Below are positions 8,701 through 16,488 of a stretch of DNA of 64,000 nucleotides, one piece after another (within the stretch, counting starts at the first letter, position 1; each line of letters starts with the position of its first letter). The stretch covers positions 8,854 through 72,853 of the forward strand of contig CAJBME010000310.1 in the NCBI GenBank assembly GCA_903954065.1. The letters run 5' to 3'. The position numbers and the translations under genes were made by a program. A model generated the notes under the pieces. That model saw only the letters and a program-made list of their open reading frames with translations, did not search any database and was not told the DNA's origin. The stretch comes from an uncultured bacterium (GTDB lineage: Bacteria; Verrucomicrobiota; Verrucomicrobiia; Verrucomicrobiales; V1-33).

Positions 8701-11218
8701 CATAGGCATCATCAACCGGGGTACCGCTGTCGTCATTAACCACCGCGACATACTGGCTCGTGACGGTGCCAGTGCGTCCGATCTTCTCGGTTGATACGAG
8801 TTGGACCGTGAACCACGTGGAGAGGCTCGGCACGGTGTCCCCTTTGATCAGGACATCAAAGGTACTGGTGGTAGCGCCAGCGGGCACCGTCACCACACCC
8901 GAACCGGCAACCAGAAAAGGGTATGTTCCTGAAACTTCCCATTTGTAGGAAGCACCGACCGGCGCCGGGCCGGTTAATTGCAGGGTGAGCGGAACAGCGG
9001 TGATACCGGTATCACCTTCAGCCACGCTGATATTATCGCCTATAAAACCAATGTTCGGCGGCGGCGGCGTGATCGTAATCGTGGCATCAGGACCGGTCTG
9101 ACCGACCGTCGGTTGGCTCATACTCAAACTGAACGACTCCAATCCCTCCCCAGCCTCCGGCGAAAAGGCCGTAAAACCAACGAATTGAGATGTTTGTCCC
9201 GGCTCGAACCTGTAGTTGCCTGAGCTCGCCAAATAATCACTACCTGGCTCTGCCGTGCCCGGTAAGCTGCTGACCGTCACCATAACCTCCAGAGCCAACG
9301 GCCTCGAAAGACGAACAGTAGTCCCATAAAAATCCGCCCAGCCCGGAGAATCCGTCATCGCATCGTCCACCGTGAAACGAATCGTCTCGTCATCGATGAT
9401 CGTCCCCGCCACGAAAGGAGGGCCCTGAATATTCAGTGGAACGCCGGCATCCGTGGCCACGCCCGCGAGAACCAACGTGTGGCCGTCATAGGCAATCATC
9501 GGTCTGGTAACCGAGATCGGCGAGCCAAGGAAGGGCCCGGGAATCGTCCAGAAGGCGGCAGGAGGACGGGAAAGGAATGTCACCGCATTGCCGGTCACTG
9601 CACACAGCAGCCCGCGCCGTAACAAGACCGGCTGGGTCGCCGCCTGAATCGTCGGGAGGGACGACGTTTGCTCGGTCCAGACGCCAGTCTCCGGGACGCG
9701 CGCCAGCATAACTAGCTGGCGTGGGCTCGACACCACAAGCAGCGAGCCGTCAAGCGTCAGGGCCCGACCAAAGTCAGCCACAAATCGAATCAGTTCGCCC
9801 ACCTGTCCCCACTGGCGTGTGTCAGGCCGTCGCTCGTATAAAGTCACCGCATACGCCTGAGCCGACCCCACCGCCAGCCTCTCCCCCCACAACGCCAACG
9901 AAGCACCAAAATCTGCCTGCGGGCGAATCGGATCGATCGTTGATTGCAGCCCCCAAACATTGGTGCCTCCAGCATGCCGCTCGTGAATCCAAACCCGTCC
10001 CGAGCTCGCCCCCTCCAGAGCTGGCCCCGGATCACCGATGGCCAGCGTATCGTCCTGCAGCGCCAAAGTGCGGCCCGCGTCCGGCTCAGCACTTTGTCGG
10101 GGCAGCACCGCCACCACCGTCCAGATCCCATCAATCTTTCGAAATAGCCTGACGCCAGTCGCCGGAAAATCGACCGCCAGCAAACCTTGATCGAGAGCCA
10201 ATGCCGTCGCCCCACCATCAGCGGGACTGGAAATCACAGCGTCTTCAACCCACCGCTCTGTCTCTCGACGCCAGATTTTCAGATTCCCGGCATCAATGAC
10301 CGCCAAGATATCATTATCGACGGCCACCCGCGTCGCGGAGGGGCTGACCGTCACGGTGTGCTCGGGTGAGCCGGGAAGCATGCGCACGCCGGGCCCGGGC
10401 TCGGGCACATGGAAGGAATACGTTTCATCGGTTTCGTCGATGGCGTCGTTAGTGATCCGCACGGGCAGGGGCGTGGATGTCTTCGAGAGATCGAGTTCCC
10501 CGCTCGCCGGGTCCAAGACGAAGTCGGTACCGATCGTTGCCGTGCCATTGAGAATCACTCCCCGGGCCCGGCGAGAAGGTGTCGCATTGCCAATAAAGGC
10601 CGTCGGCGGTGTCGCAGCGGCAAGGTTTTCAAAAACGGCGGCAGTCGCAGGAAGTGAGACGGCCGTGACCGGTTCGTCCGCGACAATAATCACGCGACCC
10701 ACGTCCTGACCTAATAGTGCCCCCACGGGATTGGATAACCGGACGATAAAAGTTTCATCCATTTCGTCGAGGCCATCGCCATGAACGGCGACCGCCACCG
10801 TGCGCACCGATTCGCCAGGTTGAAACTCGAGTGTGCCAGTGGCAGCGGTGTAATCGAGGCTACTCGTAGCCGTTTCATCGGCGGTAGTCCAAGAGACGGT
10901 AATGGGGCCGGTGGCAGGGGCCGACAAATGGACAGGCACACGCGCTGTCATCGTGCCAGTTTGCCCTTCCTCCAACCGGTGAGCCCCCACCGATACGGTG
11001 ATATCATTTGTCTCACCGCGTACCTCCATCCCGGTTCCCATTACCCCCACTGCCAGCAAGCCACTCCGCAACAACGAATGAACAAAACCCGTCGCTGGTC
11101 GGACACCGCCCCGTCGAATCCCAGCCCCAGAGGCACGCCCGGAAGAAAAACCAGCCCGCCCATCGGCAGAAATAAAAGCCGAACGAGCAAAGAAACGGAG
11201 AACAGCGGGAAACGACAT
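5750..11218 (-). CDS. giant secreted multidomain protein: Calx-beta repeats, cadherin/VCBS-like repeats, PPC-like domains, metallophosphoesterase domain, shared C-terminal tail
   Basis: Calx-beta signatures (LDYTAATGTLEFQPGESVRTVAVAVHGDGLDEMDETFIVRL; GSDYLASSGNYRFEPGQT). VVNDDSGTPVDDAY-type repeat. Metallophosphoesterase motifs AAGDHNY, GNHD (about 7079-7090), HHPPY and GHDHIYE (about 6704-6724). DPDRDGLPSLLEFLLNSDP, then a tail ending TYYRLSFSLAE. The track ORF extends to 11854, but that part reads through intergenic repeats. The start at ATG 11218 (MSFPAVLRFF...) is tentative; 11299 is also possible. Confidence 0.85.
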   Translation of the reverse strand: MSFPAVLRFFARSAFISADGRAGFSSGRASGAGIRRGGVRPATGFVHSLLRSGLLAVGVMGTGMEVRGETNDITVSVGAHRLEEGQTGTMTARVPVHLSAPATGPITVSWTTADETATSSLDYTAATGTLEFQPGESVRTVAVAVHGDGLDEMDETFIVRLSNPVGALLGQDVGRVIIVADEPVTAVSLPATAAVFENLAAATPPTAFIGNATPSRRARGVILNGTATIGTDFVLDPASGELDLSKTSTPLPVRITNDAIDETDETYSFHVPEPGPGVRMLPGSPEHTVTVSPSATRVAVDNDILAVIDAGNLKIWRRETERWVEDAVISSPADGGATALALDQGLLAVDFPATGVRLFRKIDGIWTVVAVLPRQSAEPDAGRTLALQDDTLAIGDPGPALEGASSGRVWIHERHAGGTNVWGLQSTIDPIRPQADFGASLALWGERLAVGSAQAYAVTLYERRPDTRQWGQVGELIRFVADFGRALTLDGSLLVVSSPRQLVMLARVPETGVWTEQTSSLPTIQAATQPVLLRRGLLCAVTGNAVTFLSRPPAAFWTIPGPFLGSPISVTRPMIAYDGHTLVLAGVATDAGVPLNIQGPPFVAGTIIDDETIRFTVDDAMTDSPGWADFYGTTVRLSRPLALEVMVTVSSLPGTAEPGSDYLASSGNYRFEPGQTSQFVGFTAFSPEAGEGLESFSLSMSQPTVGQTGPDATITITPPPPNIGFIGDNISVAEGDTGITAVPLTLQLTGPAPVGASYKWEVSGTYPFLVAGSGVVTVPAGATTSTFDVLIKGDTVPSLSTWFTVQLVSTEKIGRTGTVTSQYVAVVNDDSGTPVDDAYAITQGQLLTGVNVVRNDEGMGLVKRHLAPTKGGLNLGPTGDFIYTPLPNFFGRDTFQYRDEYELPNVPPLIGTVVIEVADARIPPVLQADGDFILTEDTVRDQLQPTSPSLLANDGLFDSAGVAFDPILEVRAVDVKNGVVTDMERMDGRYKFTPDPDFAGLAGFSYQVRDKDGWSEPAPVRIQVRDDLDIGPLQRVGPQGSQLFAAIANSVSIPATGTIDHLLALRAGQTLSILVGITGDVPIGKIEVVNAAGRALTGGVRSGNSLEHLPILEDGTYKLLIGDRGTLGRSRVSVLVNGGVSGQPTNPALPYSLDAARANGLLRAAVYTSTVAASATPHYYSFTAAAGETVRLLLQSNPAQKFTLTTPAGEVLAQSAVHPADPLSASLQYTMPAAGTCRVVVQGIRSSTYSLELYPENHTYQALPGAPPLVTRAATGSLDGASAATAVPPGGSFSFAAFADYGSGTPDQAAVATLVKSWQPDFLVAAGDHNYTLGYAVGEATWGRNVGAFYGEFIKRRVDNRYPEQTSLTQRFFPVPGNHDSGPDSSNGGELSSYLDYFHSNPGGEPRIPEGVHRPRLSYYKMSWGAADFFFLDSDNAMVNTAARDTQRQWLREQIAASGARWKFGVWHHPPYSSGGVHGSQLLLQWGADLKGLTAVITGHDHIYERLDMGYGVTQFVVGLGGSSIYQLADRPVPQSLFRYNASRGALRGQVGPEGVQFEFWAVSPSGGVLIDSLTFGTPPGIPLASGTDTWSLPVQRGETVRLATRTPLPPGRLSHDVNPALALVDENGRIVATAAAGAADGRNAVLQFAVPGIPATPEETLPWTVRVQNEAAGSGEYELRVGSPALDAFNAWMAGRVPPDEDGPDQDPDRDGLPSLLEFLLNSDPSVAPIPAVAPLVAEPSEPLSLRLHLPASWERPVIAQLESTTSLVDDSWTTVATKTPNGPWTSPNQTIPVAHPAGGFTFAVPAALPTYYRLSFSLAE

Positions 11219-11446
11219 GACGGATGACAAGTATGGGCAGATTCGGCCGGACCAAATAAGAGAGGTAAATGGCCACGGCAACGACGACATCGAGTTCATT
11301 ATACAGATGTACCGCTCATGAACCAAAGCCGCTGGTACGATAAATTCGCCGCCGCACGATCCCAGCCTGCAACGGGCATCGCGTTCCATCGGGTTGGTGG
11401 GGCTCCATTGGCGCCGATCCCCAACCGCAATTCCGATACCGATCCC

Positions 11447-11541
11447 ATGCCCTCGTCGGGGCATCGCATACCAGCCCAGGGTGCAAACTCTGGGAATCCA
11501 CCCGGAAAAAGAAACCCGCGTTCTGAAGGAACGCCGCATAG
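11447..11541. repeat. multi-hairpin intergenic repeat, copy A (core)
   Basis: Hairpin atgccc-tcgtcg-gggcat (11447-11464), then cggggcatcgcataccagcccaggg...ctgggaa...gttctgaaggaacgccgcatag. The two conserved blocks recur at 25345-25428. The first block recurs inverted at 25192-25216. Confidence 0.7.
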
Positions 11542-11632
11542 CCGCTGGCCTCGGAACGTCTTTATAGTAGGTGACCGGATGCGTGGAAGCGGTTTCGGAG
11601 CCGTGTTTTGAGGGATGTGGCCCGCAGGCCAA

Positions 11633-11676
11633 GTGTGGAAACCGGGGCCAACGTACCCGGCTACAGTGGCGGCGTC
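11633..11676. repeat. 44-bp direct repeat, copy 1
   Basis: gtgtggaaaccggggccaacgtacccggctacagtggcggcgtc. It matches 11836-11879 at 43 of 44 positions. Confidence 0.85.
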
Positions 11677-11835
11677 CCGCCTGCATCATCGCTTCGTATC
11701 CGGATCTTCTGTAGCCGGGGTCGCTGACCCCGGTCGCGGCGCCGAACGCCTCTCCGAACGCTTTTTTGGCATGGGGCCGGATGCGAATAAGCCGTTTCGT
11801 ACTCGCCGACGAGGACGTCAGCGCTCCCGGGCCAC

Positions 11836-11879
11836 GTGTGAAAACCGGGGCCAACGTACCCGGCTACAGTGGCGGCGTC
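11836..11879. repeat. 44-bp direct repeat, copy 2
   Basis: gtgtgaaaaccggggccaacgtacccggctacagtggcggcgtc, 203 bp downstream of copy 1 and ending 11 nt before the sulfatase stop codon. Confidence 0.85.
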
Positions 11880-11890
11880 GCCGCCTTCGC

Positions 11891-14014
11891 CTAAACGCCC
11901 ACTCTCAATTGAGGTTCAGGGACTTCTGTTGATAGCTCATTGGCCGACCAACTGAGCCGGTAGAAGGCATTGGTACCGGTGTACGGCAGCGTGATCAGCA
12001 ATGGCCCGTTGTTACCCTCGATGATTTCACCGACGTTCGTCCATGTCACTTTATCCTGCGACGTCTGGAGTTGATACTGGGTGGTATTGCGCGAAATCCA
12101 TGTGATCAAAAGGTCCTCATGGGCTACGCCTTGATCGTCGGTCCATGCGAGCAGTTCGACCTCCACATTTTGCGGGGGCTGAGGCGCCTTGGTCGGGAAG
12201 GGCTGGAGTTTGGTGCGCACCGCCTGCTGCAGCATGACTTGCATGCGGCGCCGTTTGGCCACCATGGCCGGTGTCGCCCGGGTGGGTAGGCCGCGGAGTC
12301 TGCGGATATTTTCTGCCCAAATCGAGAGATTTACGTACTCGACCGGCTCACCGGTGGTACCGCCCAACCCATTATCTAAGTCCGTATCCGTGCCGCCTTT
12401 GGCCTTGGTCCGCACATCATAAAACTCGCCCTCGGGCAATTCCACTCCGTCGGCGTCGAAATAATACACGTATTTCGATTCCTTGTCTCGCAGCGCGCGC
12501 ACCCGGTTGGGCGGCGACACAACGCCGTTCGGAAAGGTCTCGGTGCTCTGGCCGGCATAAATGTCGTCAAAGGTGAGCAAAATGGCATCCTGCACCGCCT
12601 TACCACGTGGGTTTTTGACCAATGAACTGTAATCCACCCCGCTGAAACGATATTGTTTCGGATTGATGCCCAACATCGAGCAGACGGTGGGCAGGAAATC
12701 GACATGCGAAACCAGCTCTGAACAGACTTTTCCGCCAGAGGCGAAATCGACCGGATTTGACCACACCATGGGAACTTTGATGGTCTCTTCGTAGGCGCAA
12801 AATCCTTTTTGGCGCAGCCCGCCATGGCTCAGTCCCAGCTCGCCATGATCCGCGGTATGGACGATCCATGAATTCTCCCGCAAAGACGTGCCTCGAATGA
12901 GATCGAGGACCTTTTTGAACTCAGCATCAACGAGTTTCAACGCGTTGGCGTAAAAATTCATGTAGTTTAAGCTGCCGGTGCCGCTTTGATCGGCGACTTC
13001 GGGCAACGCCCCGAGCACTATATTGCTGACAATCGAGTATTTCGCCTGCGTACTCGGCTTCAGATTGAGGGCTAGCTTCTCGTTGTAGGTCGGAGCGTCC
13101 TTCGTCAGACTGCCGGATAAGATGCTGCGGTCATAGCCCCAAGTCGGTTCGGTGGTGGCTTTCGGAAAATCTCCGCTGTAGGTCGGATACCCGATCACAT
13201 CATGCGGGTTCACCAGCGAAACAATCAAGCAGAACGGTTTGGTGCCAGGGTTCTTCAGCTTGTGCGACAGATAGGCCAGCGCGCTTTGCTTCTGTAAATC
13301 CGGATTAATACCACCCGCGCCGTCGTTGGCTGTCCAGTCATACCCTTCCACCACCCGGCCGTCCTGATTATATTTGCCACCACCATACAAACGAGCCGGG
13401 TTAGCGTCCGATCCAATGTCCGGACCATTCCATCCGTCAAATCCATTGCGGCTCGGGTCATCGTCAATTTTCACCCCGTCCGGCCGGACAATCCCTTCGG
13501 TCAAATGCCACTTCCCTTTGTATACCACTTCATATCCCGCCGCCTGCAAAACAGTGCCCAAATTCGGAACGGTCGGATCAAGCTGATTGTCCGCCACCGT
13601 GCCAATGTTCACCTGCTGCACCGTATCCGCCGCCCGATGCTGGGCCGGATAGAGGCCAGTGAAAAGCGTGTTCCGCGCCGGCGTGCACATCGCCGTGTTA
13701 GAAAATGAATTCTGAAACGTCACGCCAGTCCGCTTCAGCTCCGTCAACGCCGGGCGATTCGCCTCCTCCCACCCTTCAGGAAACCACATCGTCGGACGCT
13801 CCTGATCCGTGAGAAATATAATCAAATTGCGCCGCTTCCGCGACGCCCCGCGCTCCACCTGACGCGCCGATGCCTCCACCGGCCAGACCCCAACCGCCCC
13901 CGCCGCCACCATGGCCACCCCCGACTCGCCTGCCACTTTGAGGAAATCACGCCGCTTGAACTGCGCGAGCTCTGAAGCATCAGAAGTCGCTAACTCGGAA
14001 TGGATGTCGTTCAT
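11891..14014 (-). CDS. Tat-exported sulfatase (formylglycine type) with shared C-terminal tail
   Basis: Twin-arginine motif FKRRDFLKVAG. Sulfatase signature NLIIFLTDQERP and CTPARNTLFTGLYP (C-x-P-x-R). C-terminal ~90 aa are non-catalytic (TQYQLQTSQDKVTWTNV...NAFYRLSWS). Confidence 0.9.
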   Translation of the reverse strand: MNDIHSELATSDASELAQFKRRDFLKVAGESGVAMVAAGAVGVWPVEASARQVERGASRKRRNLIIFLTDQERPTMWFPEGWEEANRPALTELKRTGVTFQNSFSNTAMCTPARNTLFTGLYPAQHRAADTVQQVNIGTVADNQLDPTVPNLGTVLQAAGYEVVYKGKWHLTEGIVRPDGVKIDDDPSRNGFDGWNGPDIGSDANPARLYGGGKYNQDGRVVEGYDWTANDGAGGINPDLQKQSALAYLSHKLKNPGTKPFCLIVSLVNPHDVIGYPTYSGDFPKATTEPTWGYDRSILSGSLTKDAPTYNEKLALNLKPSTQAKYSIVSNIVLGALPEVADQSGTGSLNYMNFYANALKLVDAEFKKVLDLIRGTSLRENSWIVHTADHGELGLSHGGLRQKGFCAYEETIKVPMVWSNPVDFASGGKVCSELVSHVDFLPTVCSMLGINPKQYRFSGVDYSSLVKNPRGKAVQDAILLTFDDIYAGQSTETFPNGVVSPPNRVRALRDKESKYVYYFDADGVELPEGEFYDVRTKAKGGTDTDLDNGLGGTTGEPVEYVNLSIWAENIRRLRGLPTRATPAMVAKRRRMQVMLQQAVRTKLQPFPTKAPQPPQNVEVELLAWTDDQGVAHEDLLITWISRNTTQYQLQTSQDKVTWTNVGEIIEGNNGPLLITLPYTGTNAFYRLSWSANELSTEVPEPQLRVGV

Positions 14015-14296
14015 AATGGGTAGGGTGGTGTGAAACAGGGCAGTGTGAGCTTGTCTGGTAATTATACGTGTTTCAATAATGCGAATTCTACAAAAAATGC
14101 AACTTTTTTATAGGTTTTTGATTTCATTATTGCCATGCGAGATGAAGGAACTCATTCGATCAGCGGGTTCGCTTTCCCCGCAAGCTCGACGGGCCCTGTC
14201 CCCAGTCGGATGTCGGCGCTGCGCTGGGCCGCTCCGATCTGTGTCTTACCTTTTTTCCGCGCTTGCGCACGTGAACGGGCCTCTCACTCTGGCTGT

Positions 14297-14629
14297 ATGA
14301 TCCGGCTTCGCTGCGGGGTGATTTTAACTGATTCCTTTTTGGTATGGCTGCGTGAATGGACGGCTCGCGAGGGCACCAGTCATCAAGGCCGGGTGCTGGC
14401 CTTGGAGTATGTTCGCTGCCTTGATGGCGCGCGGGCCGGGCAAGCGTGGCTGGAATGGATGTGGGTCAAACGCTCCGGCCTGTCTGAGCACTGTGTCTTC
14501 CGGCTCGACGGCGTGGCCACGGAGAAAAACGCCCCGGTGCCGCTCGATCTGTACCTCTCCCCACATTCGCAAAACGGGCTGCGCTGGCGATTTCTCTCCG
14601 CGCAAAACGGCCAGCCCAGCGTCGGTTGA
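14297..14629 (+). CDS. small hypothetical protein (110 aa)
   Basis: Only plausible ORF in the 650-bp gap between the sulfatase and amidase genes. ATG at 14297 (MIRLRCGVILTDSFLVWLREW...). Trp-rich. No motif recognised. The longer 14135 start looks like an extension through the AT-rich promoter region. Confidence 0.35.
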   Translation: MIRLRCGVILTDSFLVWLREWTAREGTSHQGRVLALEYVRCLDGARAGQAWLEWMWVKRSGLSEHCVFRLDGVATEKNAPVPLDLYLSPHSQNGLRWRFLSAQNGQPSVG

Positions 14630-14661
14630 ACCGCAGCCGAGCAAACCCCATCCAGTCCTTT

Positions 14662-16440
14662 TCATTTTACCACCGGGCTCGGGCTCGGGTTAAGTGCGCG
14701 ATAGGCGGGCGGCTGTCGTTTTCGGCTTTTCATTTCGTAGGCGTAACCGGCTTTGAGGACGTCATGATCGGCCCATTTGGGACCGATGAACGACAAGCCG
14801 ACGGGCAGGGCTTCGACAAACCCCATGGGCACGGTGAGGTGTGGGTAGCCGGCGACGGCGGGGAGCTGGCTTTGGCTGGGGCCGCTGTAAGCGTCTCCTC
14901 GCGGCAGATCGGACGGCCACGCCGGACCATTGGAGGGGCCGACCAAAAACCGCACGCCATGCGTGGCCAGCAGGCGATCGATTCCTTCCGGACCGGCCAG
15001 CTGGCGGGATGTCTGCAGGGCCTGCCGGTAGGCGGGGTCATCCAGACCGTTCTGGCTCTGGCTCAGCTCGAAAGACTCTTGTTGAAACCATCGCAACTCC
15101 CTTTCGGCGTGCGTGCGGTTAAAGGTGATCAGGTCTGAGAGCGTGCGGGTTTTGACTGCGGGCGGCGTGGTGGCAAGATAGGCATTCAAGCCGGCCTTCA
15201 ATTCGGTCATGAGCACGGTGTGTTCCGCCGACCCGAGTTCTTCAAGCCCGGAGTGACTGTCAGAGATATCCACCAGCTCCGCCCCGCCACTTTCCAAATC
15301 ACGCAGCGCGGCTGAAAACACCTCCGCCACGCGTGCCTCATTTCCCACCCGGTCGCGCAACACTCCCACTCGCACCCCCCGCAAAAAGTCACCCGTCAGC
15401 CCGCTCGCGTACTCCGTGCGACGCGCATCGGCTTCCGCGGTCGAGGGGTCCGCTGGATCACTGCCGGCCATGGCCGTCAACAATAAGGCCGCATCCTCCA
15501 CCGTGCGCGTCATCGGTCCGGCCGTGTCCTGACTCTCACTGATCGGAATAATCCACGTGCGCGAAACCAACCCCAGAGTGGGTTTAAACCCGACCACTCC
15601 ATTGGTGGCCGATGGACAAATAATGGATCCGTCCGTCTCGGTCCCAATGGTCGCGGCCGCCAGACTAGCCGCCATCGCCGCCCCGCTGCCCGAGGAAGAA
15701 CCACAACAATTGCGATCCAACGCATACGGATTACGAGTCAATCCGCCCACGCTCGACCAACCACTTGTCGAGTGATTGGAGCGGATATTCGCCCACTGTG
15801 ATAAATTTGTTTTGCCCAGAATAATCGCACCTGCCGCTTTTAAGCGGGCGACCACCGGCGCATCGCGGTCGGTGACGTTGCCGAGCAGCGCGGTTGATCC
15901 GGCGGTCGTAGGCACCGGTCCGGCGGCCTCAATGTTGTCTTTGATGAAAATGGGAATGCCATGCCACGGTCCGCGCCGCGAGCCGGCGGCGCGCTCGGCA
16001 TCGAGCTGACGCGCCACGGCCAACGCTTCAGGCAGAGTCGAAATCACACTGCGCAACGCCGGGCCATTGCGGTCAATGGACTCGATTCTCGCCAAATACG
16101 CCTGCACCACCCTCTCACTGGTCAGGCGACCACTGTCCATTTCCCGGGCTAGCTCTACCACAGAAAGTTCCTCCACTCCAGGATCCACCCAAGCCGGCGA
16201 CGGCCCCGGCGACGCGGTCGCTATCCGGCTGGTCGCGTGAAAAACCATAAATAACATGGCCAGTAACCGCCCCGCGCCACCGCTCAAGGTGTTTCGTCCT
16301 CGCTTCGACAGGCGGGAGGCTACCAACGCGGCCGCGGACGGCAAAAGCTGATTCGATCCGCGGCGTGGAGGAAGAAGCGAATCATACCCACATTTCCCCG
16401 GTGCGGGCTTGACTCGGGATGCAAACGTCAACATAAACAC
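14662..16440 (-). CDS. amidase-signature family amidase, probably secreted
   Basis: AS-family motifs GKTNLSQWAN, CCGSSSGSGAAMAASLAAATIGTETDGSIICPSATNGVVGFKPT (Lys / cis-Ser / Ser). N-terminus KRGRNTLSGGAGRLLAMLFMVFHATSRIATA resembles a signal peptide. Confidence 0.88.
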   Translation of the reverse strand: MFMLTFASRVKPAPGKCGYDSLLPPRRGSNQLLPSAAALVASRLSKRGRNTLSGGAGRLLAMLFMVFHATSRIATASPGPSPAWVDPGVEELSVVELAREMDSGRLTSERVVQAYLARIESIDRNGPALRSVISTLPEALAVARQLDAERAAGSRRGPWHGIPIFIKDNIEAAGPVPTTAGSTALLGNVTDRDAPVVARLKAAGAIILGKTNLSQWANIRSNHSTSGWSSVGGLTRNPYALDRNCCGSSSGSGAAMAASLAAATIGTETDGSIICPSATNGVVGFKPTLGLVSRTWIIPISESQDTAGPMTRTVEDAALLLTAMAGSDPADPSTAEADARRTEYASGLTGDFLRGVRVGVLRDRVGNEARVAEVFSAALRDLESGGAELVDISDSHSGLEELGSAEHTVLMTELKAGLNAYLATTPPAVKTRTLSDLITFNRTHAERELRWFQQESFELSQSQNGLDDPAYRQALQTSRQLAGPEGIDRLLATHGVRFLVGPSNGPAWPSDLPRGDAYSGPSQSQLPAVAGYPHLTVPMGFVEALPVGLSFIGPKWADHDVLKAGYAYEMKSRKRQPPAYRALNPSPSPVVK

Positions 16441-16488
16441 TTAGTATCTTAAAAAATACACACCGACATCCCCAAAATAAAATCCCAC

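Noticed and set aside
11219-11854. 5' extension of the 2034-aa track ORF (MAPVFTRGPGALTSS...GWYAMPRRGHGIGIG...)
   Set aside because: This part translates straight through the intergenic repeat elements (the same MPRRGHGIG peptide appears from the repeat at 25209). It has low-complexity Arg/Gly/Pro composition and no signal peptide. The open frame is attributed to high GC.
11633-11879. Possible CRISPR array (44-bp direct repeats)
   Set aside because: There are only two copies with a 159-bp spacer and no further periodicity. No cas genes are present. The periodic ELWxxDGT nucleotide repeats (56150-58560) are coding repeats, not CRISPR.
14079-14300. 73-aa ORF and the 14135 start of the 164-aa ORF in the sulfatase upstream region
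   Set aside because: Both begin inside the AT-rich putative promoter region. The N-terminal parts are low-complexity. Only the distal 110 aa were kept, as a low-confidence CDS.
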